NCBI GenBank assembly: GCA_963810275.1
Contig: CAWENF010000021.1
Location: 96,001-160,000 of the forward strand
Direction: 5' to 3'
Source of the DNA: an uncultured archaeon
GTDB lineage: Archaea; Thermoproteota; Bathyarchaeia; Bathyarchaeales; Bathycorpusculaceae
DNA: 64,000 bases
Below are positions 1-8,650 of this stretch, one piece after another. The translations under genes and the position numbers were made by a program. A model generated the notes under the pieces. The model saw only the letters and a program-made list of their open reading frames with translations, did not search any database and was not told the DNA's origin. Numbering within the stretch: the first letter of the stretch is position 1; every line of letters begins with the position of its first letter.

Positions 1-1320
1 AGTGAACTGCTCAGAAAAGCCGAAGAACTCCTTGACCAGAACATTCACTCAATTATTCTTGTGGCGGGGTACCGTAAAGCAGCACAGAAAACAATCGAAA
101 TAATAGCAAAAAACGCTGTTGACATCGATGTTGAGGATAAAGAAATGATGATGAAAGTTGCTTTGACGTCCATGGGAAGCAAAGCAGTAGGTGGCGCTAA
201 AGAGCACTTTGCAGAAATAGCTATCGAAGCTGTGAAACAAGTAGCCCAGAAGCACGGCGACCAGATGATAGCCGACATAGATAACATACAATTGGTGAAA
301 AAGACAGGAAAAAGCCTCAACGAAACGCAACTCTTCAGAGGCATAATCGTAGACAAAGAGGTCATCAATCCGGGAATGCCAAAGAAGATAGAGAACGCGA
401 AAATTGCACTTTTAGATATAGCTCTGGAGATTGAAAAGACCGAAATAACTGCGGAAATACGCATACACGAACCCAACCAAATGAAAGCCTTTCTAGACCA
501 AGAGGATAACACCCTCAAAGAAATGGTGACCAAGATCAAAGCTTCAGGCGCAAACATTGTTTTCTGCCAAAAAGGCATCGACGATATGGTCCAGCACTTC
601 TTAACTAGAGAAGGCATAATGGCCGGACGCAGAATCAAAGAGTCAGACATGGAAAAGCTCGCAAGAGCCACAGGCGGAAAAATAACCGCTAACTTGAATG
701 ATTTGAAAACGGCTGACTTGGGATTTGCGGGCTTAGTGGAAGAGCGCAAGATCGGCGACGACAAAATGATTTTTGTCGAAAAATGCAAGGACCCTCATAG
801 CGTAGCCATTCTCATCAGAGCAGGGCTTGAGCGAATGGTGGATGAAGCTGAAAGAATAATAATCGACGCTTTATCAGTAATTTCAGACGTTACAGAAAAC
901 AACAAAATTGTCGCTGGCGGCGGCGCAATTGAAATCGAAATCGCCAAAGAACTCCGCAACTACTCAACCAAAATCGGGGGAAGACAGCAACTCGCAATAG
1001 AAGCCTTCGCAGATGCAGTCGAAGTCATTCCGCGCACTCTTGCAGAGAATGGAGGTTTACAACAAATCGACGTACTCATAGCGCTACGTCAAGTACACGA
1101 TAAGGAAGACGGCAAGTACATTGGCATCAACGTATTTACAGGTAAACTGCAAAACAGCATTGAAAATGGAGTCGTAGAGCCGGCGGTCGTCAAAGAACAA
1201 GCCTTCAAATCAGCCGCCGAATCAGCAGCCATGATACTACGCGTAGACGACATCATAACAGCTAAATCTCCAAAAGGCGGTCCAGGTGGACCAGACGGAA
1301 TGCCTAGTAGTATGGGATAA
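1..1320 (+). CDS. ths: Thermosome (group II chaperonin) subunit, 5' end outside the window
   Basis: Frame is open from base 1 (SELLRKAEELLDQNIH...). Motifs FCQKGIDD, VAGGGAIEIE, VVEPAVVK, ILRVDDII and a Gly/Met/Pro-rich tail. Confidence 0.97.
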   Translation, partial: SELLRKAEELLDQNIHSIILVAGYRKAAQKTIEIIAKNAVDIDVEDKEMMMKVALTSMGSKAVGGAKEHFAEIAIEAVKQVAQKHGDQMIADIDNIQLVKKTGKSLNETQLFRGIIVDKEVINPGMPKKIENAKIALLDIALEIEKTEITAEIRIHEPNQMKAFLDQEDNTLKEMVTKIKASGANIVFCQKGIDDMVQHFLTREGIMAGRRIKESDMEKLARATGGKITANLNDLKTADLGFAGLVEERKIGDDKMIFVEKCKDPHSVAILIRAGLERMVDEAERIIIDALSVISDVTENNKIVAGGGAIEIEIAKELRNYSTKIGGRQQLAIEAFADAVEVIPRTLAENGGLQQIDVLIALRQVHDKEDGKYIGINVFTGKLQNSIENGVVEPAVVKEQAFKSAAESAAMILRVDDIITAKSPKGGPGGPDGMPSSMG

Positions 1321-1366
1321 GAATAAATTTTTCCTATATACCTTAAGGCTAAAGAAGTGATTAATT

Positions 1367-1549
1367 ATGCCAAAAATATCCCAATTTTTACATTCAATAA
1401 TGAGAAAATGTAATATAGAATGGAACTTCTGGTGTTCCAAGCAGATATATAAGTGCACAAAATGTGGAATTAAAATTAGAGGATTTTTCAAGGAAAACGC
1501 GCTAAAATTTGTCTTGAGCGCACACAACCGGTGGCTTACGAAGAATTAG
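1367..1549 (+). CDS. Possible small Zn-ribbon protein or remnant
   Basis: 60-aa ORF with YKCTKCG and a weak SD-like AAGTGA upstream. Only one complete CxxC. Confidence 0.25.
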   Translation: MPKISQFLHSIMRKCNIEWNFWCSKQIYKCTKCGIKIRGFFKENALKFVLSAHNRWLTKN

Positions 1550-1553
1550 AGCG

Positions 1554-1727
1554 TCAATCGATTCCAGTTGAAAGAGAAAAAGCCGGCAGATACGTAATAT
1601 TGGAGAACTTCACAACCCATTCGTCCTGAGCTAATTCATTTAATTCCTTTTCAAAACTTGACTTAATGTTTTCCAAAAGATAATCGCCAGATTCGTCGCC
1701 CCAATAAACAACTTTGAATTCGTTCAT
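1554..1727 (-). CDS. Small hypothetical protein, DUF4177-like
   Basis: MNEFKVVY...EKELNELAQDEWVVK resembles the 'LNELGxEGWELV' pattern. Start moved to the ATG at 1727. The C-terminus may be frameshifted. Confidence 0.35.
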   Translation of the reverse strand: MNEFKVVYWGDESGDYLLENIKSSFEKELNELAQDEWVVKFSNITYLPAFSLSTGID

Positions 1728-1860
1728 AATAAAATCCTTACAGCCCATGCCGCTATTAATTAATTTAGCACTTGCTCTCAAATTCTTTACGAGCAGAAAT
1801 CCAAAAGGATTAGTAAGTGCAAAAGAAAAACATTGATTCCTCAAATTAAAGTTTCAGCAT

Positions 1861-2277
1861 TCAACATTTACGAGAAATCTGTTTTAGGTAACATTCCTTA
1901 CAAAAAGGGGTTTTGTATTTTTTTAATCTTTTAGACTCGAATATTTGCCCGCAGTCACTACATTTAACTTTTGCCGCTTGTTTTGGGTCAAGAAGCCTGA
2001 TCCTTTTTTCTATCTCTGTTTTAATTTCGTTATCATTCTCGGTTAATAACGCTTTTTTCAGCAAATCTAATGCAAAGTCAGTGCTTTTTTCACCGAAGAG
2101 TACACCAAATGTGTTTGGGTTTTTTCCTTTTACAAACTCAATTTTAAGCGGAAGCATGCAAACAAAATTCGCAGGATAATGCTGAGCTTTACTATAATCA
2201 ACTACTGCAAAGCGGTAGCTGGGTCCAGCATTTCTTGTGCCTGTATCGAATCTAAACGCCTGCAATTTACAATTCAT
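1861..2277 (-). CDS. Hypothetical protein with C-terminal zinc finger
   Basis: 138 aa with C-terminal KCSDCGQ...FCKEC, related to the finger of the adjacent gene. Confidence 0.8.
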   Translation of the reverse strand: MNCKLQAFRFDTGTRNAGPSYRFAVVDYSKAQHYPANFVCMLPLKIEFVKGKNPNTFGVLFGEKSTDFALDLLKKALLTENDNEIKTEIEKRIRLLDPKQAAKVKCSDCGQIFESKRLKKYKTPFCKECYLKQISRKC

Positions 2278-2297
2278 TAAACCGCCAGCTTACCTTT

Positions 2298-2516
2298 TTA
2301 CTTCCAATTTTTGCGTCGCCTAGACCACGCATCATTTTCATTATTAGAACTTGAATTAACTGTTCCTATGCTTCTTCCAGTGTTTGTTCTGGGCGTTCTA
2401 TGTTTAGGTAAGCACTCTCTGCAGTAAACAGGTCTATCAGGGGTAGGTTTAAAGGAAACAGTGGTTGTTTTGCCACAATCACTACATTTTATAACCGTCG
2501 AAACTCTATCAGACAT
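2298..2516 (-). CDS. CxxC-x17-CxxC domain small zinc-finger protein
   Basis: IKCSDCGKTTTVSFKPTPDRPVYCREC matches the CxxC-x17-CxxC (FKP...RPVYC) signature. Basic tail. Confidence 0.9.
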   Translation of the reverse strand: MSDRVSTVIKCSDCGKTTTVSFKPTPDRPVYCRECLPKHRTPRTNTGRSIGTVNSSSNNENDAWSRRRKNWK

Positions 2517-2635
2517 AACTTTGGTAATCCTGTTAATCCTTAGGCTAAAAAATAGCTCAAATTAACTTTTATCTTAAAGGCATACTTTGACATAAACATT
2601 TGGATACTCGACAGTCATTCTTTATTAAGAATTAT

Positions 2636-2888
2636 TTAAATCCTAGGAACAATTCTCGATTTATTTTCGCCTTGTCTTAGCAGCGTCTCGGCAGTATCGA
2701 TTTCTATTTGTAACTTTAAGGTCTTTGATGAAGCGGTTTCTCAACATCAACGGTTGTTGTTATCGCTTGTCCGCGGGCTTTCAGATAACTACTTTTTGGT
2801 TATTTTAGAAGGCGGGTATAATTGATAACACACAACTCATGGATGGCTTGTTTTCAACGAAAATTGGATCGGCGGGTTCTTGTGTCAA
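2636..2888 (-). pseudogene. alba: Alba (archaeal DNA/RNA-binding protein) pseudogene
   Basis: Manual translation across frames: PIFVENKPSMSCVLSII..*..KVV / LKARGQAITTTVDVE / RFIKDLKVTN / IEIDT...SRIV. Alba KARG..I..AVDV motif with an in-frame stop and frameshifts. Confidence 0.85.
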
Positions 2889-3038
2889 ACAAAAATTTGC
2901 TCTTGTTTTTGGCGTTCTGGAGTATGCCAAACAGTAAAACATTAACTCTTAGCCATTATACCTTCTTAATAAAGCAACGTGTGTCAACTCAAGTTGCTCG
3001 TTTGAATGTGTTTTAACCATAATTATAATTATATTACG

Positions 3039-3142
3039 TTATCCTGAAATAACAGGCTCACTATCTGCCATTGGCTTAAAGGGAACATTGGCGGTTTTGT
3101 CGCAGTCACTTCTTTTTATTTGGTTGAAGGTCTTTCAGAAAT
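3039..3142 (-). pseudogene. Decayed paralogue of the CxxC-x17-CxxC gene
   Basis: ISERPST / IKRSDCDKTANVPFKPMAD..PV aligns with MSDRVSTVIKCSDCGKTTTVSFKPTPDRPV. First Cys lost, frameshift, early stop. Confidence 0.75.
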
Positions 3143-3254
3143 ATGGGTTGATATGTTGAGTTTAGTCTCAATAGTAGCAAAGAATTAACCTGACAATTGA
3201 GATTACTTTGACATAAAGGTTTAGACCGAAGGTTCTGCTCGAATTATGTTTGAA

Positions 3255-3353
3255 TTAAGTAATCGATTCGTCAGCATTTTCATCAATGATTGCCCCTCGG
3301 ATTTTGCCGCCTCCCAACCGTTCTACCCTTTTGACAGGATTTTTATACTTCAT
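3255..3353 (-). CDS. Putative 32-aa small protein
   Basis: MKYKNPVKRVERLGGGKIRGAIIDENADESIT. Strong SD GAGGTGA 6 nt before the ATG. Overlaps the end of the upstream ORF. Confidence 0.45.
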   Translation of the reverse strand: MKYKNPVKRVERLGGGKIRGAIIDENADESIT

Positions 3354-3495
3354 AATGCGTCACCTCAGAATAAGACACATCTATTTTTCCCGCTAACTCG
3401 CCATGCACTCCCACTTTATGTATGTCAGCAACTAACCCCTCGCTTCTCCCGCCTTCTTTGACTGTTTTTCCGCACTCAGTGCATTTAGCGTTAAT
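3343..3495 (-). CDS. Putative 50-aa small protein with one CxxC (probable ATT start)
   Basis: INAKCTECGKTVKE... begins after a GGAGG located just past the aIF-1A stop. No ATG/GTG/TTG near the SD. Confidence 0.35.
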   Translation of the reverse strand: MNAKCTECGKTVKEGGRSEGLVADIHKVGVHGELAGKIDVSYSEVTHYEV

Positions 3496-3511
3496 TTTAA
3501 CTGTCCCTCCC

Positions 3512-3817
3512 CTACATTGTCAGATAATTATGGTTTTTAAGCCAGTCTGACTGGTTCTTTCGGTACCGCCAAAATATATCGCCCCTAGTTCCTGCTTGGA
3601 AATCCCAAGGCGAAACCAAAACAATGTCACCTTCTCTTATCCAAACACGTCTTTTTAGTTTACCTCTAACCCTGCATAGACGTTCCTTTCCATCTTGACA
3701 TTTAACCATGATTCTCTCGGCACCCAGCATTTTTACGGCTATGCCCAAAACATCGTTTGGTGAAGGAAGAATCATATTATTTAGGTTGCCTTCATTTGTT
3801 ATTTTTCGTTTTCCCAT
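3512..3817 (-). CDS. eif1a: Translation initiation factor aIF-1A
   Basis: KMLGAERIMVKCQDGKERLCRVRGKLKRRVWIREGDIVLVSPWDFQ...RGDI.WRY is the canonical aIF-1A sequence. Confidence 0.97.
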   Translation of the reverse strand: MGKRKITNEGNLNNMILPSPNDVLGIAVKMLGAERIMVKCQDGKERLCRVRGKLKRRVWIREGDIVLVSPWDFQAGTRGDIFWRYRKNQSDWLKNHNYLTM

Positions 3818-4184
3818 TTTATGTTGTCCAATGTGGCGTTAAACCACTTATAATCAGAATAATCCGAGAAAAAGCAGCTAAATTTTGGGTTTAGTCCTCC
3901 TCAAAAGAATTCTAACAGTACATTCATGGGTTAATCAACTATATTAGAGTATGCGCTCATAAAGGATATTTTGAGCTTAAAAACTCGTAAAAAACCTAAA
4001 ACAACCTTTTTTCATAAAAAACTTGATAAAACATTTTTTAATCGAAAAAAGGCCACAGATTTCAACCTTTATTAGTCTGATACAATGGTATTGTTAACTG
4101 AAGAGTCTCTATTATCCTCTTGGAATTGACTGATTGAATAATTGATTCTTTTCTAAACATAAAATAACGTAGAGGTAAATAGAA

Positions 4185-4319
4185 ATGTGTCAACTTAGAG
4201 TCGGTTTAGTTAAGAACTGCCGCAGATGCAAATCATCCGTACGGCCGCATTGCGAATTTAGAAAGAAAACTACCAAAAAAATCTATGCAAATAATGTCAA
4301 GAAGAAAGAAACAGCATAG
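4185..4319 (+). CDS. Putative 44-aa basic Cys-rich small protein
   Basis: MCQLRVGLVKNCRRCKSSVRPHCEFRKK... with SD-like AGAGGT upstream and a pyrimidine/T-rich tract right after the stop. Confidence 0.5.
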   Translation: MCQLRVGLVKNCRRCKSSVRPHCEFRKKTTKKIYANNVKKKETA

Positions 4320-4796
4320 TAATTCCTTTCCTTTTTAGTTGCTTTCTATGAGTAAACATAGTCAGAAACCCTTTGAGCTATTAGAATGTAAAAGTTAAAT
4401 TTATAAAACGAGCAATTTATTCAGAGTCAGCGTTCACTTAATATATGGAAAATAAATACTTAATAAATAACTGATTGAGTGATAGTTTGAGTCACTTGTC
4501 TACTTTTTGAGCAAAAATCCTCGCACCTACTCAAATCATGTCAAGCGTTTCCTAAAAATTCCTTAAATTAAGTTGTTTATAAGCCTGGTAGTACATGGTA
4601 TAAGTGAAAAGCCCTTTTGCTTAGAATATAGCTAGTAACTTTTCTTGATTTCGTTAGAAGAGAGAAAAATGAAAAAAAATATTGAAGTATTAAAGATCAC
4701 AGGTGCCACATTTAGGTCATCTGCGAAAATCATTTCCAGTTTCTGCCCAGAAATAATATGTAGAGATGAAGATAACAATAAAAAAGGTGATTCAAA

Positions 4797-5021
4797 ATAT
4801 TTTGTGTAGGGGATTATACGCAGTGTCCCGAATGCACCAAACTGGGCCGTATTGTTTGGATCTCACAAAATAAACAGATTGTTGGAATCCAATGTTCAGC
4901 AAGTCATAGCACAGAAAGGGGACTTGATTCATATGGATTCCCAAGGAAGGCAGCTAAAGCGAACAAGAATAGTGTTTTTCTTGTTAAAACTGAATCAATA
5001 ATAAAACAGACAGAGATATAG
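4797..5021 (+). CDS. 74-aa Zn-binding small protein, probable ATA start
   Basis: IFCVGDYTQCPECTKLGRIVWISQNKQIVGIQCSASH...; AGGTGA SD 6 nt before the ATA. An in-frame TGA lies within the SD. Stop is 4 nt before the next gene. Confidence 0.7.
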   Translation: MFCVGDYTQCPECTKLGRIVWISQNKQIVGIQCSASHSTERGLDSYGFPRKAAKANKNSVFLVKTESIIKQTEI

Positions 5022-5025
5022 AATA

Positions 5026-5556
5026 TTGAAACAAAGTTATGCTCTCGCAAATAAAATAGCAATAGCTAATGCCGAGAATAACGGCCTTAATTTGTTGGTT
5101 AGTAATTTCTATGCAAAATATTCACGCTTTACCCTTAAAGCGCTAAGTAAAAGTCTTTTTCAAGAATTTCTATCCGACATACTAAAATTAGAGGAAATTC
5201 CCCACAGAAGTATTGATAGCATTCGTATTGAAATTTTTCCTGCACTAAGAAAAAATGGGTTAACTATTGCTGGAAAATGTAACACACTTAAGGGCAAAAT
5301 TCGTATTTATCCAAAACCTATGAGGTTTTGCGATGCATTTAGGAAGGAACATGGGCGATATTTATTGGTTGAGTACGCGGGAAGCAGAGCTAGAGCCGCG
5401 TTAATTCATGAGTTGCTTCACTTAAAATATGGGAGTGACGAGGTTAAGGTGCAAAAATTAACGAAGGAGTATTATTCGGAATTAATTAAAAAAGAAAATG
5501 TGAATAGCGCAAAGGCGTTATACGTGTGTAAGCTAATATTCGCATGTATGAATTAA
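5026..5556 (+). CDS. Zincin-like (HExxH) hypothetical protein
   Basis: AALIHELLHL motif preceded by an AGKC...KIRIY strand pair typical of minimal zincins. Confidence 0.7.
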   Translation: MKQSYALANKIAIANAENNGLNLLVSNFYAKYSRFTLKALSKSLFQEFLSDILKLEEIPHRSIDSIRIEIFPALRKNGLTIAGKCNTLKGKIRIYPKPMRFCDAFRKEHGRYLLVEYAGSRARAALIHELLHLKYGSDEVKVQKLTKEYYSELIKKENVNSAKALYVCKLIFACMN

Positions 5557-5628
5557 TGTAAATTCAGAACTATTTGCTGCAAAGATCAACTCCCCCCAGG
5601 GTAAAAGGAATCTATGACATTAGTGAAG

Positions 5629-5657
5629 CCTGCTCTGAAGGGGAGCAGGATTTTTTT
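5629..5657 (+). terminator. Hairpin plus T-tract
   Basis: CCTGCTC-loop-GAGCAGG followed by T7. Confidence 0.5.
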
Positions 5658-5833
5658 CCTCTCTTAAAGTAAGATAAGCGCTAATTCCTCGTCCAAACAA
5701 CTTAGTTGACATTCGGTTAACATTCAAAAGGTTCTGCACTAAGCAGAACACACAGTTCTTGAACTGCGATTTCACATTAATCATATCACACCGAAATGAA
5801 AGTTTAACTTCTTTGAGTTATAGTAAATAGATT

Positions 5834-6355
5834 GTGGTTAACATGCAATACGAAAACGTGATCTTTAAAAATTTCACAGGCTTTCACTGTAGGAAATGCG
5901 GAATATGTTGCATAAATCAACCACCAGATATTAACTTCAAAGAAGAAAAAAGAATAAAAACTGCAGGTTACAAAAATTTCATGCAAGACCCATCAAACCC
6001 AAAGAACCGAAACATTCGCAGAAAAAAAGACGGAAGTTGCTTATTCTTTACAAAAGAAAAAACATGTGAGATTAACTCTATTAAACCATCAATCTGCTTT
6101 CTAGAACCATTCATTATAACAGACTTTGATTATAGCACGAACAAGATTTTTATCGATTTAAATCCTTGCGCAATCAATGATTGTAAAGGTATCCTGACTG
6201 AGGAAAATGTAGCTATTGAAGAAATTGGTAAAGCCGCCCAAACTATCGTTTCGGACTGTTTAGAAATAGTCGCTGAGAAAACAGGGCTCTCAGTAAGTGA
6301 TAAGAAAGTTGCCTTTTTAACGAGGCAACTATTGAATGATTCAAATTTCATCTAA
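5834..6355 (+). CDS. YkgJ-family cysteine cluster protein (CxxCxxCC)
   Basis: FHCRKCGICC...GSCLFF...CEINSIKPSICFLEPF. Confidence 0.9.
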   Translation: MVNMQYENVIFKNFTGFHCRKCGICCINQPPDINFKEEKRIKTAGYKNFMQDPSNPKNRNIRRKKDGSCLFFTKEKTCEINSIKPSICFLEPFIITDFDYSTNKIFIDLNPCAINDCKGILTEENVAIEEIGKAAQTIVSDCLEIVAEKTGLSVSDKKVAFLTRQLLNDSNFI

Positions 6356-6765
6356 AATGAATATAGGGATAACCTGGTCCAATCCTAAAACACTGGAAAT
6401 CAAAATGTCCGCTTTGCCTAGTGAATGCTGTTGGAATATTGTATAGCACGGCTTTTGGAGGAACAGCTTTAACATCAACATCATGAGGCTGAGACTCAAG
6501 AGTATCCCAAAAAAACATTAAACAAAAGTTTCCTATTAGAAATAATACTTCTAAGCTCCATATCGCCTTCGTTAAGACCGTTAATACTCTTCATTAATGT
6601 TCATCCCAAAATGTAGTTTATGCGTAATATTGGGTGTTTACATAAAAAAATGCTGGTTTATCAGTATTAATGACCTCCCTTAACGAAATACTCACAGCAA
6701 CACCCCCCAAGCACCAGTAATACTTAAGGCTTAAATTACCCAAGAAGAATGACTAGCCGTATGAA

Positions 6766-7935
6766 GTGTTTTTAATGGTAAAGATTGTAGACGATGTTTT
6801 TTCAAAGGGGTTCATAGAAGTACAAGAGGATGACTCTGTTTCTTCTGTTCAATCACTTTTCAAAAAAGGGCTGCCGCCTGTTTTAGCAGTCTTTGACAGA
6901 AAAGGCAATTACAAAGGGGTTATTTCCCAAAAATCAATAAAGAGATCCAGTTTTGATGAATCTGGAACTAAAGTAAAAAATTTAACAAAATCCGCGCCCG
7001 TCGTTACCCTACAGGATACGCTAAGCAAAGTTGCTAAATTAATGATCGAAAGCGAAATTAGGCAACTTCCAGTTTACAGTGAAAACAAGCTCTTAGGTTT
7101 TGTAACTGACGAGGATGTTATCCATGGGGCCATTATGGAGCAGTGGGGGAATAAACATGTTGAAGAAATAATGACCAAGAAGCCTTTTGTCTTAGAAGAA
7201 GATGAATCATTAGGGACAGTGCTAAGCCTTATAAGAAGCGAAGGAATCTCGCATGTCCCCATAGTTAAAGAAGGAAAACTCGTGGGAATTGTGAGCCTAT
7301 CCGACATTATTAATAATGTTTTTCAACCCAAACATGTACAAAGGTTTGGTGAAATGGTTGGCCAAAAAGTTTCTGCTTTGAGTATTCCTGCAAAGGGGAT
7401 TATGGTGCAGCCTGTGGTCACTGTTTTGCCTGAATCTAAATTGCGAGACGCCGAGGAGCAGATGCATAAATTCAACATTTCATCTTTGGTAATTATAGGC
7501 AAAGGAAGACCAGTCGGAATCTTAACTAAGCGAGATTTTCTTGAACCTCTCGCGCAAATGGAAAAACCACCGGAAAGGCTTACTGTTCAGTTTTCAGTAA
7601 AAGATGTAGAGATTGATGAAACCCAAAGAAGCGCTGTTATGGACGACTTCGAATCGTTCACACACAGATACGGCGAAACTTTAGAGGCTGGTACGTTATT
7701 TGTCTACATGAAAACGCATGGCACAAACTTCAAAGGTGATCAGTTAATTCACTGCCGACTGCAATTTAGAACAAACAAGGGCGCGTTTTTCAGTTCAGGC
7801 GAAGGCTATGGGGTTGAACAGACATTTAAAATCGCGTTAGATAGGCTTGAGGGTCAAATTGTGAAGAGTACTGAATTAGCAAATGACCACGACTTTCTGA
7901 GGGGCTATTTGAGGCGGAGATTTCCGTTGACTTAA
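6766..7935 (+). CDS. Four-CBS-domain protein with C-terminal HPF/RaiA-like domain (ribosome hibernation factor type)
   Basis: CBS repeats (IRQLPV..LLGFVT, ISHVPIV..LVGIVS, ISSLVI..PVGILT). The C-terminal ~110 aa has a beta-alpha-beta-beta-beta-alpha pattern ending IALDRLEGQIVK, like HPF. Confidence 0.85.
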   Translation: MFLMVKIVDDVFSKGFIEVQEDDSVSSVQSLFKKGLPPVLAVFDRKGNYKGVISQKSIKRSSFDESGTKVKNLTKSAPVVTLQDTLSKVAKLMIESEIRQLPVYSENKLLGFVTDEDVIHGAIMEQWGNKHVEEIMTKKPFVLEEDESLGTVLSLIRSEGISHVPIVKEGKLVGIVSLSDIINNVFQPKHVQRFGEMVGQKVSALSIPAKGIMVQPVVTVLPESKLRDAEEQMHKFNISSLVIIGKGRPVGILTKRDFLEPLAQMEKPPERLTVQFSVKDVEIDETQRSAVMDDFESFTHRYGETLEAGTLFVYMKTHGTNFKGDQLIHCRLQFRTNKGAFFSSGEGYGVEQTFKIALDRLEGQIVKSTELANDHDFLRGYLRRRFPLT

Positions 7936-7951
7936 TGCCGCTTGAACAAGC

Positions 7952-8012
7952 TCTTGATGTTTCGCTGTTTGTCACAACAAATTGTTAACGTCAAGACATC
8001 GCCTCTTTTTTT
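7952..8012 (+). terminator. Imperfect inverted repeat plus T7 tract after the CBS-HPF gene
   Basis: TCTTGATGTT...AACGTCAAGA, then TTTTTTT at 8006-8012. Confidence 0.4.
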
Positions 8013-8076
8013 GGCTCTCTCCTCATTAAGAAATTTAAATACGCCGTCACAGTAACATGTTAGTGGAGATTTCATT

Positions 8077-8382
8077 ATGAGCAGTTTTTTAGTTTCTTTA
8101 CCCCCTAATTGGGCTGATTTCTTGAAAGGTTTAGCCGATGACCACGATGTTGACGTTAGTTTGGTTATTGGTGGATTATGCGATTGGGTTTTTTCTAGTC
8201 CTCAATACAAGAGGCAATTTGAAGTTTGGTTGGATAGTGTTTATCCGCTAAAAGGTCAAGCTGAAGATAGAGCCAGAGTTAAAGGTGAGCAAGCAAGCAT
8301 GCGTGAAGAAGCACGGCAAGATGAATCTGAAGAAGAAGTCCATGAGGATAGAAACTACAGTGAAGACAGAGAGCTGCATTAA
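8077..8382 (+). CDS. Hypothetical protein, possible ribbon-helix-helix N-terminus, acidic tail
   Basis: FLVSLP-helix-helix pattern, GGAGA SD, Glu/Asp-rich C-terminus. Confidence 0.6.
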   Translation: MSSFLVSLPPNWADFLKGLADDHDVDVSLVIGGLCDWVFSSPQYKRQFEVWLDSVYPLKGQAEDRARVKGEQASMREEARQDESEEEVHEDRNYSEDRELH

Positions 8383-8650
8383 TTATGGGGATCTAGAAGT
8401 CTTTTTTGGGTATATTCTTTTGTTCTGCTTACTAAATTAGTAATTAACTTTAGAAGTATATGCTCGATAGTGAATAAATTATATTTCAGTTTACTTTTTC
8501 CATTCGCAAACTCATTATAAATCGTAGAAAAATAGCGTTACTCACAATATTCAATGAGAATTTGCAAACGTTAGGTTTAAAGGAGGCGATAAGTAACTAT
8601 AGTTAAATACTGAGCTTTTTTCGAATTCGAAGCTTAAGTCGGTCTTACTT

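Larger units (their letters stand above)
2583..3217. repeat. 14-bp direct repeat TACTTTGACATAAA at 2583-2596 and 3204-3217 (duplicated promoter element)
   Basis: Identical copies lie upstream of the intact (2516) and decayed (3142) CxxC-x17-CxxC genes. The minus strand reads TTTATGTCAAAGTA, which is TATA-like. Confidence 0.7.

Noticed and set aside
45-788. Long antisense ORFs (45-788, and similar ones over uvrA, uvrB, TauE, ipdC and others)
   Set aside because: Shadow frames of well-supported genes on the other strand, with no motifs of their own.
4669-4809. 46-codon ATG ORF
   Set aside because: No motif, and it overlaps the SD and start of the better-supported 4797-5021 ORF.
6351-6600. Short minus-strand ORFs between the YkgJ and CBS genes
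   Set aside because: No recognisable motif or translation signal.
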